From an uncultured Flavobacteriaceae bacterium (GTDB lineage Bacteria; Bacteroidota; Bacteroidia; Flavobacteriales; Flavobacteriaceae): a DNA stretch of 46,134 nt. The stretch covers positions 1 to 46,134 of the forward strand of contig CAZXST010000002.1 in the NCBI GenBank assembly GCA_964643205.1, given 5' to 3'. This document shows, piece after piece, positions 19,405-27,017 of the stretch. How positions within the stretch are numbered: position 1 is the first letter of the stretch; each line of letters starts with the position of its first letter. The position numbers and the translations under genes were made by a program. The notes under the pieces are model-generated. The model worked only from the letters and a program-made list of their open reading frames with translations, made no database searches and was not told where the DNA came from.

Positions 19405-19412
19405 CAAAAATA
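19405..19412 (-). promoter_or_regulatory. candidate -7 box (TATTTTTG on the minus strand) for the DUF3810-trmH-rel string
   Basis: Plus-strand CAAAAATA is an exact reverse-complement match to TAnnTTTG, 57 nt upstream of ATG 19347. Confidence 0.25.
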
Positions 19413-19417
19413 CATAT

Positions 19418-20881
19418 ATGAATAATGAAATCCGAGTTATTGAACCTAATAGTGTGTGGAATAATTTCACAGATTTAAATTCTGTTCCTAGACCATCTAA
19501 AAACGAAGAAAAGGTTATAAACTTTTTAATTCAATTTGCTAGAAAATTAAATTTAAATTGTTTTAAGGATAGTATAGGAAATTTAATAATTAATAAACCT
19601 TCTACTGATGATATGAAGAATTGTAAGACAATTGTTCTACAATCTCATGTAGATATGGTTCATGAAAAAAATAATGATGTAGAATTTGATTTTAAGGATT
19701 CAGGTATAAATATGCATATTGAAGGAGATTGGGTAAAGGCTAAAGGCACTACTCTAGGCGCCGACAATGGACTTGGTGTTGCTTCAATAATGAGTATCTT
19801 ACAGAGTTCGGATATATCTCACCCTGAAATTGAAGCCCTATTTACTATTGATGAGGAAACAGGAATGACTGGAGCATTGAATCTTGACGGAAATGCTCTT
19901 AAAGGAGAAATTTTATTGAATTTAGATACAGAAGAAGATGACGAAATATGTATTGGTTGTGCTGGAGGAGTTGATATAACTATTAATAAAACTTATGAGA
20001 CTGAGGATAATCACTCGGAAAGTACTTTTATAAAAATTTTGGTCAATGGTTTGACTGGCGGTCATTCAGGAGCAGAGATTCACAAGGGTCTTGGAAATTC
20101 AAATAAAATTCTAAATTCATTATTAAAACATCTTGATTCTAGATATAAAGTAAGAATAAGTGAGATTAAGGGGGGTAACCTTAGAAATGCAATTCCAAGA
20201 GAGAGTTTTTCAATAATTCAAATTCAAACTAGAGATTATTCTGGCATAAATCAAGAAATAACTAATTTCTTTAATATAAATAGAATAAAATATAGTGATT
20301 TAGATCCAAATTTTAGGATTAGTTTATCTGATGCTATTGGAGAATATAAACCACTTAATAAAGATGATCATCAAAAATTAATTGAATGCTTAGATGCATG
20401 TCCCAATGGAGTATTTTTAATGAGTAAAACTATAGACAATTTAGTAGAAACATCAAATAATCTTGCAAGTGTACTGGTAAGGGATGGTTCAATTGTAATT
20501 AAGTGTCTTACTAGGTCTTCAGTTGAGAATTCAAAAAATGAATTATCTAGTATGATTAGCAATATTTTTAAAAATAAAGGCTTTGAAGTAGAATTATCTG
20601 GCGGATATCCAGGTTGGGAGCCGAACATGAATTCAGAGATATTATCAGTTGCTGTGAATTGTTACAAAAAATTATATAATGAATCTCCCAAAGTAAATGT
20701 TATTCATGCTGGATTAGAATGCGGAATAATAGGCTCACATTATCCTAATATGGAGATGATTAGTTTTGGACCTACAATTCTTGGAGCTCATTCACCTGAT
20801 GAAAAAGCATCCATTTCGTCAACTAAGAAATTTTGGAGTTTTCTTATAGAAATATTAAAGAATATCCCAAAAAGAGATTAG
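19418..20881 (+). CDS. pepD: aminoacyl-histidine (Xaa-His) dipeptidase, M20C
   Basis: Motifs LQSHVDMV, GADNGLGVAS, FTIDEETGMTGA, GGHSGAEIH and IHAGLECG. I prefer ATG 19418 (MNNEIRVIEP...) because the tracked TTG at 19397 lies inside a perfect TAAATTTG -7 box. Confidence 0.9.
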   Translation: MNNEIRVIEPNSVWNNFTDLNSVPRPSKNEEKVINFLIQFARKLNLNCFKDSIGNLIINKPSTDDMKNCKTIVLQSHVDMVHEKNNDVEFDFKDSGINMHIEGDWVKAKGTTLGADNGLGVASIMSILQSSDISHPEIEALFTIDEETGMTGALNLDGNALKGEILLNLDTEEDDEICIGCAGGVDITINKTYETEDNHSESTFIKILVNGLTGGHSGAEIHKGLGNSNKILNSLLKHLDSRYKVRISEIKGGNLRNAIPRESFSIIQIQTRDYSGINQEITNFFNINRIKYSDLDPNFRISLSDAIGEYKPLNKDDHQKLIECLDACPNGVFLMSKTIDNLVETSNNLASVLVRDGSIVIKCLTRSSVENSKNELSSMISNIFKNKGFEVELSGGYPGWEPNMNSEILSVAVNCYKKLYNESPKVNVIHAGLECGIIGSHYPNMEMISFGPTILGAHSPDEKASISSTKKFWSFLIEILKNIPKRD

Positions 20882-22017
20882 TTCTCAGCACTTACCATGT
20901 GAATTATAAAATTCAAATCAGAGTTAGGTGTGATTAGCCCCCTAGACTGACTTCCATAGGCTAAATGAGAAGGAATATGGCAGTAAATTATATCCCCAAC
21001 ATTCATAGTATAAACAGCTTCTTTAAACCCCGGTATTAATTGCATATCAGGACTTAACTCCATCTCTATAGGATCATAAAATCCTCTACCTTCTTTTTCT
21101 GTATCATATTTGCCATGTATTTCATTAATTTCCCTATTATTGGACCAAAATAAGACGCCATTTTTTAAATACCCATCAGCGTATAGTTTTATTATTTTAC
21201 CATCTTTTGGTTTTATTCCTCTACCTTGTTTTATTACGTATATTTTAAGTCCAGATTTTTGCTTAATTGATTTTTTGTTGTAGTCTTCTAATTTTATAAT
21301 ATCCAATTTTGCTAGAGAGTCCATTCTCCTAAATTCTAATTCCATTTTTCTTTCTTCATCCATTTTTAATTTCTCTTGAATTTTATCTTTATTATTCCAG
21401 GTATTAGGAGCATCAAATAATTCTGCTGCTTCACCTTTTCTTATAATATTTAACTCATTTATAACAACATCAATAATAGGCCTGTTTGCAATTCCAGTTT
21501 TTACGTTAGATATTGAATCTTGAATTTCTATTCCCTTTACTAATTGACCAAAAATTGTGTGTATACCATCAAGCCATGGAGTGGGAGCTTCTGTAATAAA
21601 AAACTGACTTCCATTTGTTGCTGGACCACTATTTGCCATGGAAAGAACTCCGGCTTTATCATGTTTTAAATCTGTAATCTCATCAAAAAATTGATATCCA
21701 GGACCACCTTTCCCAGTTTTTAATGGGTCACCACCTTGAATCATAAAATTATCCATAACTCTATGGAAGATAATTCCATTATAATAAGGCTTTCCTTTAA
21801 AAGCTTCTTGAACTTCTGGATGATTTCCCTCAGATAATGCCACAAAATTTGCAACAGTAATAGGTGTCTTTTCGTAGTATAATTGAGCAACCATAGTTCC
21901 ATGGGTTGTTTTAAATTCTGCAAATAATCCATCTTCCAGATCAGAATACTTATCTTGACATGAGACAATAAGGATATTTAACAATAGAAAAATTAATATT
22001 GGTAATCTAGTTTTCAT
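20878..22017 (-). CDS. lipoprotein peptidyl-prolyl isomerase with fused cyclophilin (N) and FKBP (C) domains
   Basis: Lipobox LNILIVSC. Cyclophilin motifs FHRVMDNFMIQGGDP, SMANSGPATNGSQFFIT and LDGIHTIFG. FKBP-type C-terminal domain: IKLYADGYL.NGVLFWSN, IPGFKEAVYTMNVGD, HLAYG and PNSDLNFIIHMV. Confidence 0.85.
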   Translation of the reverse strand: MKTRLPILIFLLLNILIVSCQDKYSDLEDGLFAEFKTTHGTMVAQLYYEKTPITVANFVALSEGNHPEVQEAFKGKPYYNGIIFHRVMDNFMIQGGDPLKTGKGGPGYQFFDEITDLKHDKAGVLSMANSGPATNGSQFFITEAPTPWLDGIHTIFGQLVKGIEIQDSISNVKTGIANRPIIDVVINELNIIRKGEAAELFDAPNTWNNKDKIQEKLKMDEERKMELEFRRMDSLAKLDIIKLEDYNKKSIKQKSGLKIYVIKQGRGIKPKDGKIIKLYADGYLKNGVLFWSNNREINEIHGKYDTEKEGRGFYDPIEMELSPDMQLIPGFKEAVYTMNVGDIIYCHIPSHLAYGSQSRGLITPNSDLNFIIHMVSAEN

Positions 22018-22022
22018 TTTTA

Positions 22023-23033
22023 TTAGTTTAGTTCAGTTTTATATTTTTTTAATGCATTTTTAAAATTAACAATTGTTGATGATAAGGAATCGTTGCTAAT
22101 TGCTCCTGAAGCATTCTTATGCCCACCACCATTAAAGGTGTCTCTTGAAAATTTATTCACATCAAAATTTCCTTTAGATCTAAAGGAAATTTTAATTATT
22201 TTTTCTTTTTTATCTTCAATAAATATTGCAGCAAACTTTATTTTTTTTATTGACAATCCATAATTTACAATTCCTTCAGTATCACCTTTTCTAAAATCAA
22301 AGTTATTTAAATCCTTTTGAGATAATCTGATAAAAGCTGTATTATATTCAGTTATAATTTCAATTTTATTTAATGCAAAACTTAACAATTTAATCTTTTC
22401 AATTCTATTGTTGTCATATATTTCGTTATGAATTTTAGTTTTGTCAGCTCCTTTGTCTAATAGATCTGAAATTACTTTGTGTGTTATACTTGATGTAGAT
22501 GAAAATTTAAAGGAACCTGTATCAGTCATTATACCTGTATATATAGCTTCGGCAATAGATGAATTTATTTTGTCATTATCACCTAATTTTTCAATAAAAT
22601 GATATATCATTTCACAGGTAGAACTAATTTTTGTATCAGAATATAGATAGTCAGCATATTCCTTTGGATTTTCGTGATGATCAATAAGTATTTTTATAGC
22701 TTTAGAATTAGCTATTAAATCTTTCATATCTCCACATCTCTCTAAACTATTAAAATCAAGAGTAAATATTATATCAGAATTATTTATAAGGTTTATTTGA
22801 TGATCTGAATTATTAAATATGGCAATTTCATTTTTATTATCAAGCCATTTTAAGAAATTAGGAAATTTATTTGGACTAATAATATTTGATTTATGTCCAC
22901 ATATATTTAAATAGGTATTTAGAGCCATTGAAGATCCAATAGCATCACCATCTGCATTTTTGTGGTGTACAATAACTATCTTTTTTGACTCTGATAAGAT
23001 ATCTTTTATTTCTTGAACATCTTTTTGTGTCAT
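22023..23033 (-). CDS. nrnA: DHH/DHHA1 phosphoesterase (NrnA-like oligoribonuclease / pAp phosphatase)
   Basis: 336 aa. HHKNADGDAIGS, LIDHHENP (DHH) and DHHA1 GGGHKNASG. Confidence 0.85.
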   Translation of the reverse strand: MTQKDVQEIKDILSESKKIVIVHHKNADGDAIGSSMALNTYLNICGHKSNIISPNKFPNFLKWLDNKNEIAIFNNSDHQINLINNSDIIFTLDFNSLERCGDMKDLIANSKAIKILIDHHENPKEYADYLYSDTKISSTCEMIYHFIEKLGDNDKINSSIAEAIYTGIMTDTGSFKFSSTSSITHKVISDLLDKGADKTKIHNEIYDNNRIEKIKLLSFALNKIEIITEYNTAFIRLSQKDLNNFDFRKGDTEGIVNYGLSIKKIKFAAIFIEDKKEKIIKISFRSKGNFDVNKFSRDTFNGGGHKNASGAISNDSLSSTIVNFKNALKKYKTELN

Positions 23034-23102
23034 AATTTGCGAATATACGACATAATACGATAAAGGTAATTTTTATTTTGTTTACTATTTATTAAAAAGT
23101 GT

Positions 23103-23110
23103 TACTTTTG
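23103..23110 (+). promoter_or_regulatory. candidate -7 box (TACTTTTG) for ndk, with a possible -33 TTTG at 23077..23080
   Basis: Exact TAnnTTTG 15 nt before ATG 23126. A TTTG sits 22 nt upstream, within the reported -33/-7 spacing range for Bacteroidota promoters. Confidence 0.4.
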
Positions 23111-23125
23111 CACTCAAAAAAATAG

Positions 23126-23545
23126 ATGATAACAAATAGAACTTTTACAATGTTAAAACCTGATTCAGTTGAAAATGGGAACATAGGACCAATACTTGAA
23201 AAAATAAATTCAGCTGGTTTTAGAATTGTGGCAATGAAATTAACCCAAATGAGTAGTAAGGATGCAAGAAATTTTTACTCTATTCATAGAGAACGTCCAT
23301 TTTTTGATGAATTAGTTTCATATATGACTAGAGGTCCAATTGTAGCTGCAGTACTAGAAAAGGAAGATGCTGTGGAACAATTTAGATTACTTATTGGATC
23401 TACTGATCCTACTACTGCTGCTGCTGGTACAATTAGAAAACTATTTGCAACTTCTATTAGTGAAAATGCTATTCATGGGAGTGACACTAATGAAAATGCA
23501 CTAATTGAATCTAGATTTCATTTTTCAGAGGAAGAGATGTTTTAG
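23126..23545 (+). CDS. ndk: nucleoside-diphosphate kinase
   Basis: 139 aa. [18 protein letters not shown] and NAIHGSD (catalytic His). Confidence 0.97.
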   Translation: MITNRTFTMLKPDSVENGNIGPILEKINSAGFRIVAMKLTQMSSKDARNFYSIHRERPFFDELVSYMTRGPIVAAVLEKEDAVEQFRLLIGSTDPTTAAAGTIRKLFATSISENAIHGSDTNENALIESRFHFSEEEMF

Positions 23546-23549
23546 TATT

Positions 23550-23834
23550 TTATCTTAATACAATCTTTTTTATAAGATTTTTTTTTAACTTTTCATTTAA
23601 AAGTTTCACAATTTTTTCTTTTCCATAACTTAATTCTTCTCTTAGAACAGAAGATTTTAACTTAACATATAGTGTTCCATTTTTTAGATTTATATCTGTA
23701 GTATAATTTGCAACACCATTCTTCATTAGTTCATGCCAGAGATCTCTTATCTTTACATTTTCTAATCCATTTTCTAGATTATTTTCTTTAAGAAAGAATT
23801 TAATTAAGCTGTCAATTTTTAAGTCATTCTCCAT
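23550..23834 (-). CDS. DUF721 domain protein
   Basis: 94 aa. The pattern ...IRDLWHELMKNGVANYTTDINLKNGTLYVKLKSSVLREELSYGKEKIVKLLNE matches DUF721 proteins normally found next to recF. Confidence 0.68.
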   Translation of the reverse strand: MENDLKIDSLIKFFLKENNLENGLENVKIRDLWHELMKNGVANYTTDINLKNGTLYVKLKSSVLREELSYGKEKIVKLLNEKLKKNLIKKIVLR

Positions 23835-24246
23835 CTTTATTTATCTCTATGGGTATATAACGATTGTATTTATAAATATAGCCTTCTTTATCTAAAATAA
23901 TTAATTGTTGTGAATCAATTTTCTTTATTTTTTCAAAGTATGTTTTATTTTTGTTTAAATATCTTAGTGTAAACTCTCCATTTTCTTTTGTTATGTTAAG
24001 ATTAGCTTGATGAAGTGTAACCATAAATCTTCCATCAGACTGAGGATTCACCTTTTTCCTATAACCTTCTAGGTCTTTTACGTAAAAAAAATCAATTGTA
24101 TTACTAAAGGGGTATTTTTTTATAAGTTGACCTTCCTTTTTTACAGATTGAATTTCCCAGTATCCATTTAAAATTTCAATATTATTATCTACTGAGCAAG
24201 AATATAAAATAATTAGTAATACTATACATGAATTAATTTTTTTCAC
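23824..24246 (-). CDS. small lipoprotein, lipocalin-like (GxW motif)
   Basis: 140 aa. Lipobox LIILYSCS, then [10 protein letters not shown] (lipocalin-type GxW) and a beta-rich sequence. The GTG start overlaps the recF stop (GTGA), and the 3' end overlaps the DUF721 gene by 11 nt. Confidence 0.55.
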   Translation of the reverse strand: MKKINSCIVLLIILYSCSVDNNIEILNGYWEIQSVKKEGQLIKKYPFSNTIDFFYVKDLEGYRKKVNPQSDGRFMVTLHQANLNITKENGEFTLRYLNKNKTYFEKIKKIDSQQLIILDKEGYIYKYNRYIPIEINKDGE

Positions 24247-25319
24247 AGTTCGAAAATTTTATAAGATTTATTTACACTTTTAATTGTATTTTCAGTCCTT
24301 TTCTTGTTGGTGTCTGAGATAAATATTTGTTTAAATTTATCTTCATTTACTAAGTTAACAATCTGTTTTACCCTTTTATCATCTAATTTATCAAAGATAT
24401 CATCTAGTAATAAAATTGGACTATTTTTTTGCTTTTCAAGAAAATCAAATTGAGCTAGTTTTAGGGAGATTAGAAAAGATTTTTGTTGCCCTTGACTGCC
24501 AAATTTCTTTATAGAATAGTTATTTTTTAAAAATACCAAATCATCTTTATGTGTTCCTTTAGAGGTATATTGCAAAATAAGATCCTTTTCAATAGAATTT
24601 TTCAATAAGTCCATAAGGTTGCTATCATGAAGATCACTTTTATAAACGATATCAACTTCTTCATTGTTTTCTGATATTGATTTATATCTATTTTTGAAAA
24701 TTGGCACAAAATCATTCATGAAAATATTTCTTGATTTATAAATTCTTTTAGACATATCACTTAGTTGAATGTCATATACATCAATTGTTTTTGACTCAAA
24801 CGTGTTGTTTTTACCAAATTGTTTTAGCAGTGAATTTCTTTGAGCTAGAATTTTGTTATATGTTATTAGGTCCTTTAGATAAGTCTTATTTACTTGAGAT
24901 ATTATACTGTCAATAAATTTTCTTCTGGTATCACTTCCTTCAATTATTAAGTTTCTATCTGTTGGAGAAATAATTACTAATGGAATTAAACCTATATGAT
25001 CACTAAATTTCCTGTATAGTTTGTTGTTCCTTTTTATTATTTTTTTCACTCCTTTTTTTAATGAAATTATGACATTCTCTTTCTTTTCATTAATTGAATA
25101 CATTCCATTAATCATAAAATATTCTTCTCCATGTCTTATATTCTGAGATGGAATAGGGTTAAAATAGCTTTTTCCATAGGATAAATGATAAATAGAATCA
25201 AGGATGTTAGATTTTCCTACTCCATTCAACCCAACAAAACAATTGACTTTTGAATCAAAATCAAATGATTTGTTTTCAAAGTTTTTATAATTAATTAATG
25301 TTAATGTTTTTAATAACAT
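24243..25319 (-). CDS. recF: DNA replication/repair protein RecF
   Basis: 358 aa. Walker [13 protein letters not shown], signature [17 protein letters not shown] and Walker [13 protein letters not shown]. Confidence 0.95.
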   Translation of the reverse strand: MLLKTLTLINYKNFENKSFDFDSKVNCFVGLNGVGKSNILDSIYHLSYGKSYFNPIPSQNIRHGEEYFMINGMYSINEKKENVIISLKKGVKKIIKRNNKLYRKFSDHIGLIPLVIISPTDRNLIIEGSDTRRKFIDSIISQVNKTYLKDLITYNKILAQRNSLLKQFGKNNTFESKTIDVYDIQLSDMSKRIYKSRNIFMNDFVPIFKNRYKSISENNEEVDIVYKSDLHDSNLMDLLKNSIEKDLILQYTSKGTHKDDLVFLKNNYSIKKFGSQGQQKSFLISLKLAQFDFLEKQKNSPILLLDDIFDKLDDKRVKQIVNLVNEDKFKQIFISDTNKKRTENTIKSVNKSYKIFEL

Positions 25320-25355
25320 AGTAGTTTATTAATAACAATAAAATTTTATGGTAGT

Positions 25356-25363
25356 TATATTTG
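25356..25363 (+). promoter_or_regulatory. candidate -7 box (TATATTTG) for the TPR-ribH string
   Basis: Exact TAnnTTTG, but 83 nt upstream of ATG 25447, which implies a longer leader than the others. Confidence 0.2.
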
Positions 25364-25446
25364 ATCTATTCATTAAAAATAACAAATAATTTATCCTTTT
25401 ATTACGAATAAAAATTTTATTTTTACCGCTTGAATATTTAAAATTT

Positions 25447-26211
25447 ATGGCAACTTATAAAAAAAGAGGATTTAAGAAGAAACCTTTTTCTAATAAGATA
25501 GATGATATAGGTCAAAAGTCTACTACGGCAAATGTTTTTGATACTCTAGATGAAGGTGCATCTAAAACTGAAAAATGGGTAGCTAAAAATCAGAAATATA
25601 TATTTGGGCTTATAGGTTTAACTGCAATAGTAGTTTTAGGTTATTTTGGATATTTTAAATATATAAAGGAGCCTAAAGAAATTAATTCAATGGATAACAT
25701 GTTTGCAGCTCAGAGATTGTTTGAACAAGCTCTTGATGAAAATAATGATTCTATATATAGGCTTTCAATAAATGGTACTGATCTAAAAATGGGCTTTTTA
25801 GAGATTATAGAAAAATATTCTGGAACTAATGCCTCCAATTTATCAAATTATTATGCAGGAATGTCTTATTTAAAATTAAAGGATTATAAGAATTCTATAA
25901 AATATCTTTCGCAATTTAATTCTGATGATCAAATGTTATCCTCATTAGCAAAAGGATCTATTGGTGATTGTTTTGTACAGCTTGATCAGTTAGAAGATGC
26001 CCTTGACTATTATGATAAAGCAATTGATATAAACACAAATGATTATACTACCGCAATGTATTTACTGAAAGCTGCACATGTTTCAATGGAATTAAAAAAG
26101 AATAACAAATCCTATAATTATTTCTCCAGAATTAAATCAGATTTTCCAAACACTATTTATGCTGAAAATATTGATGTATTTATATCCAAAGCGCAAGCTT
26201 TATTAAAATAA
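25447..26211 (+). CDS. membrane-anchored TPR protein (YfgM-like architecture)
   Basis: 254 aa. Basic N-terminus, a single TM (IFGLIGLTAIVVLGYFGYF), then TPR-like repeats (YYAGMSYLKLKDYKNSIKYL, GDCFVQLDQLEDALDYYDKAI). The stop is 1 nt before ribH. Confidence 0.62.
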   Translation: MATYKKRGFKKKPFSNKIDDIGQKSTTANVFDTLDEGASKTEKWVAKNQKYIFGLIGLTAIVVLGYFGYFKYIKEPKEINSMDNMFAAQRLFEQALDENNDSIYRLSINGTDLKMGFLEIIEKYSGTNASNLSNYYAGMSYLKLKDYKNSIKYLSQFNSDDQMLSSLAKGSIGDCFVQLDQLEDALDYYDKAIDINTNDYTTAMYLLKAAHVSMELKKNNKSYNYFSRIKSDFPNTIYAENIDVFISKAQALLK

Positions 26212-26212
26212 A

Positions 26213-26686
26213 ATGGCTACATATATTAATAATAATTTTGACTTAGGTTCTGACGCTATGTCAGAAGTTCATGGTATGAAATTTGGTTTAGTTGTTTCTA
26301 CTTGGAATAAAGATATTACAGATAATCTTTTTGATGGAGCATATAAAACTTTACTTAAATATGGTGCTAAGGATGCTAATATTAAAAAAATCGAAGTTCC
26401 TGGAAGTTTTGAGTTAATTTATGGTTGTAAAAAAATGCAAAACAGGGAAGTAGATGTCGTAATAGCTATAGGATGTATTATCAAGGGAGAGACAGATCAT
26501 TATAATTATATATGTGAGTCTGTTTCAAATGGAATATCACAACTTAATATAATAAATGATGTTCCTATAGTATTTTGTGTTTTAACTGACCATAATATTC
26601 AACAATCAGTTGATAGATCAGGAGGAAAACATGGAAATAAAGGTGTTGAATCTGCAATTGCTGCAATTAAAATAGCATCTATTTAA
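26213..26686 (+). CDS. ribH: 6,7-dimethyl-8-ribityllumazine synthase
   Basis: 157 aa. FGLVVSTWNKDIT, VPGSFELIY, VIAIGCIIKGETDHYNYI and GGKHGNKG. Confidence 0.95.
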   Translation: MATYINNNFDLGSDAMSEVHGMKFGLVVSTWNKDITDNLFDGAYKTLLKYGAKDANIKKIEVPGSFELIYGCKKMQNREVDVVIAIGCIIKGETDHYNYICESVSNGISQLNIINDVPIVFCVLTDHNIQQSVDRSGGKHGNKGVESAIAAIKIASI

Positions 26687-26728
26687 TAAGATATTTGCTA
26701 TATTTATTTAAATTTAAAAAATCATCGA

Positions 26729-27004
26729 GTGGCCTTATTTAATTTAAGAAAAAATAAAAGATATGATTATTCAGGAAGGTTTTCTGAAGAAAAAACTTAT
26801 GTTGGAACTCATTCAAAGCCTAAAAAAATTAAATCAAAATTTGATGAATACAGAACTACTGTCGGAGACAATAATAGTTTTAGAAAAAAATTTAGAAATG
26901 CAATTGAAGATTATAAGAAAGGGAGCGATAATTCAGTAAGAAAAAGACTGATTATTATTTTCATAACATTAATTACTTTATTCTTACTGTTCTTTTTGAT
27001 TTAA
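26729..27004 (+). CDS. small basic tail-anchored membrane protein, function unknown
   Basis: 91 aa, GTG start. Lys/Arg-rich soluble part with a single C-terminal TM (LIIIFITLITLFLLFFLI). It sits in the same-strand string between ribH and mutL. Coding status rests on position and TM architecture only. Confidence 0.45.
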   Translation: MALFNLRKNKRYDYSGRFSEEKTYVGTHSKPKKIKSKFDEYRTTVGDNNSFRKKFRNAIEDYKKGSDNSVRKRLIIIFITLITLFLLFFLI

Positions 27005-27017
27005 ATTTTAGTAATTA

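Noticed and set aside
19397-19417. TTG 19397 as the pepD start (MYSKNTY extension)
   Set aside because: The TTG is part of a perfect TAAATTTG -7 box. ATG 19418 gives an N-terminus (MNNEIRVIEPNSVW) that aligns with how PepD proteins begin.
19455-19464. DnaA-box-like TGTGGAATAA (and TCCACAC near 8245), considered because parAB and recF are often origin-proximal
   Set aside because: These are single, imperfect hits inside coding sequence. There is no cluster of boxes, no AT-rich unwinding element in an intergenic gap, and no dnaA/dnaN in the window.
25320-25446. The longest intergenic gap (127 nt) upstream of the TPR-ribH string, examined for an FMN riboswitch, a tRNA or sRNA, and a 13-codon sORF (ATG 25348..TAA 25389, MVVIFDLFIKNNK)
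   Set aside because: It lacks the GC-containing conserved core of the FMN (RFN) element, has no stem-forming complementarity, and is too short and AT-rich for a tRNA. The sORF overlaps the candidate -7 box and has no supporting features.
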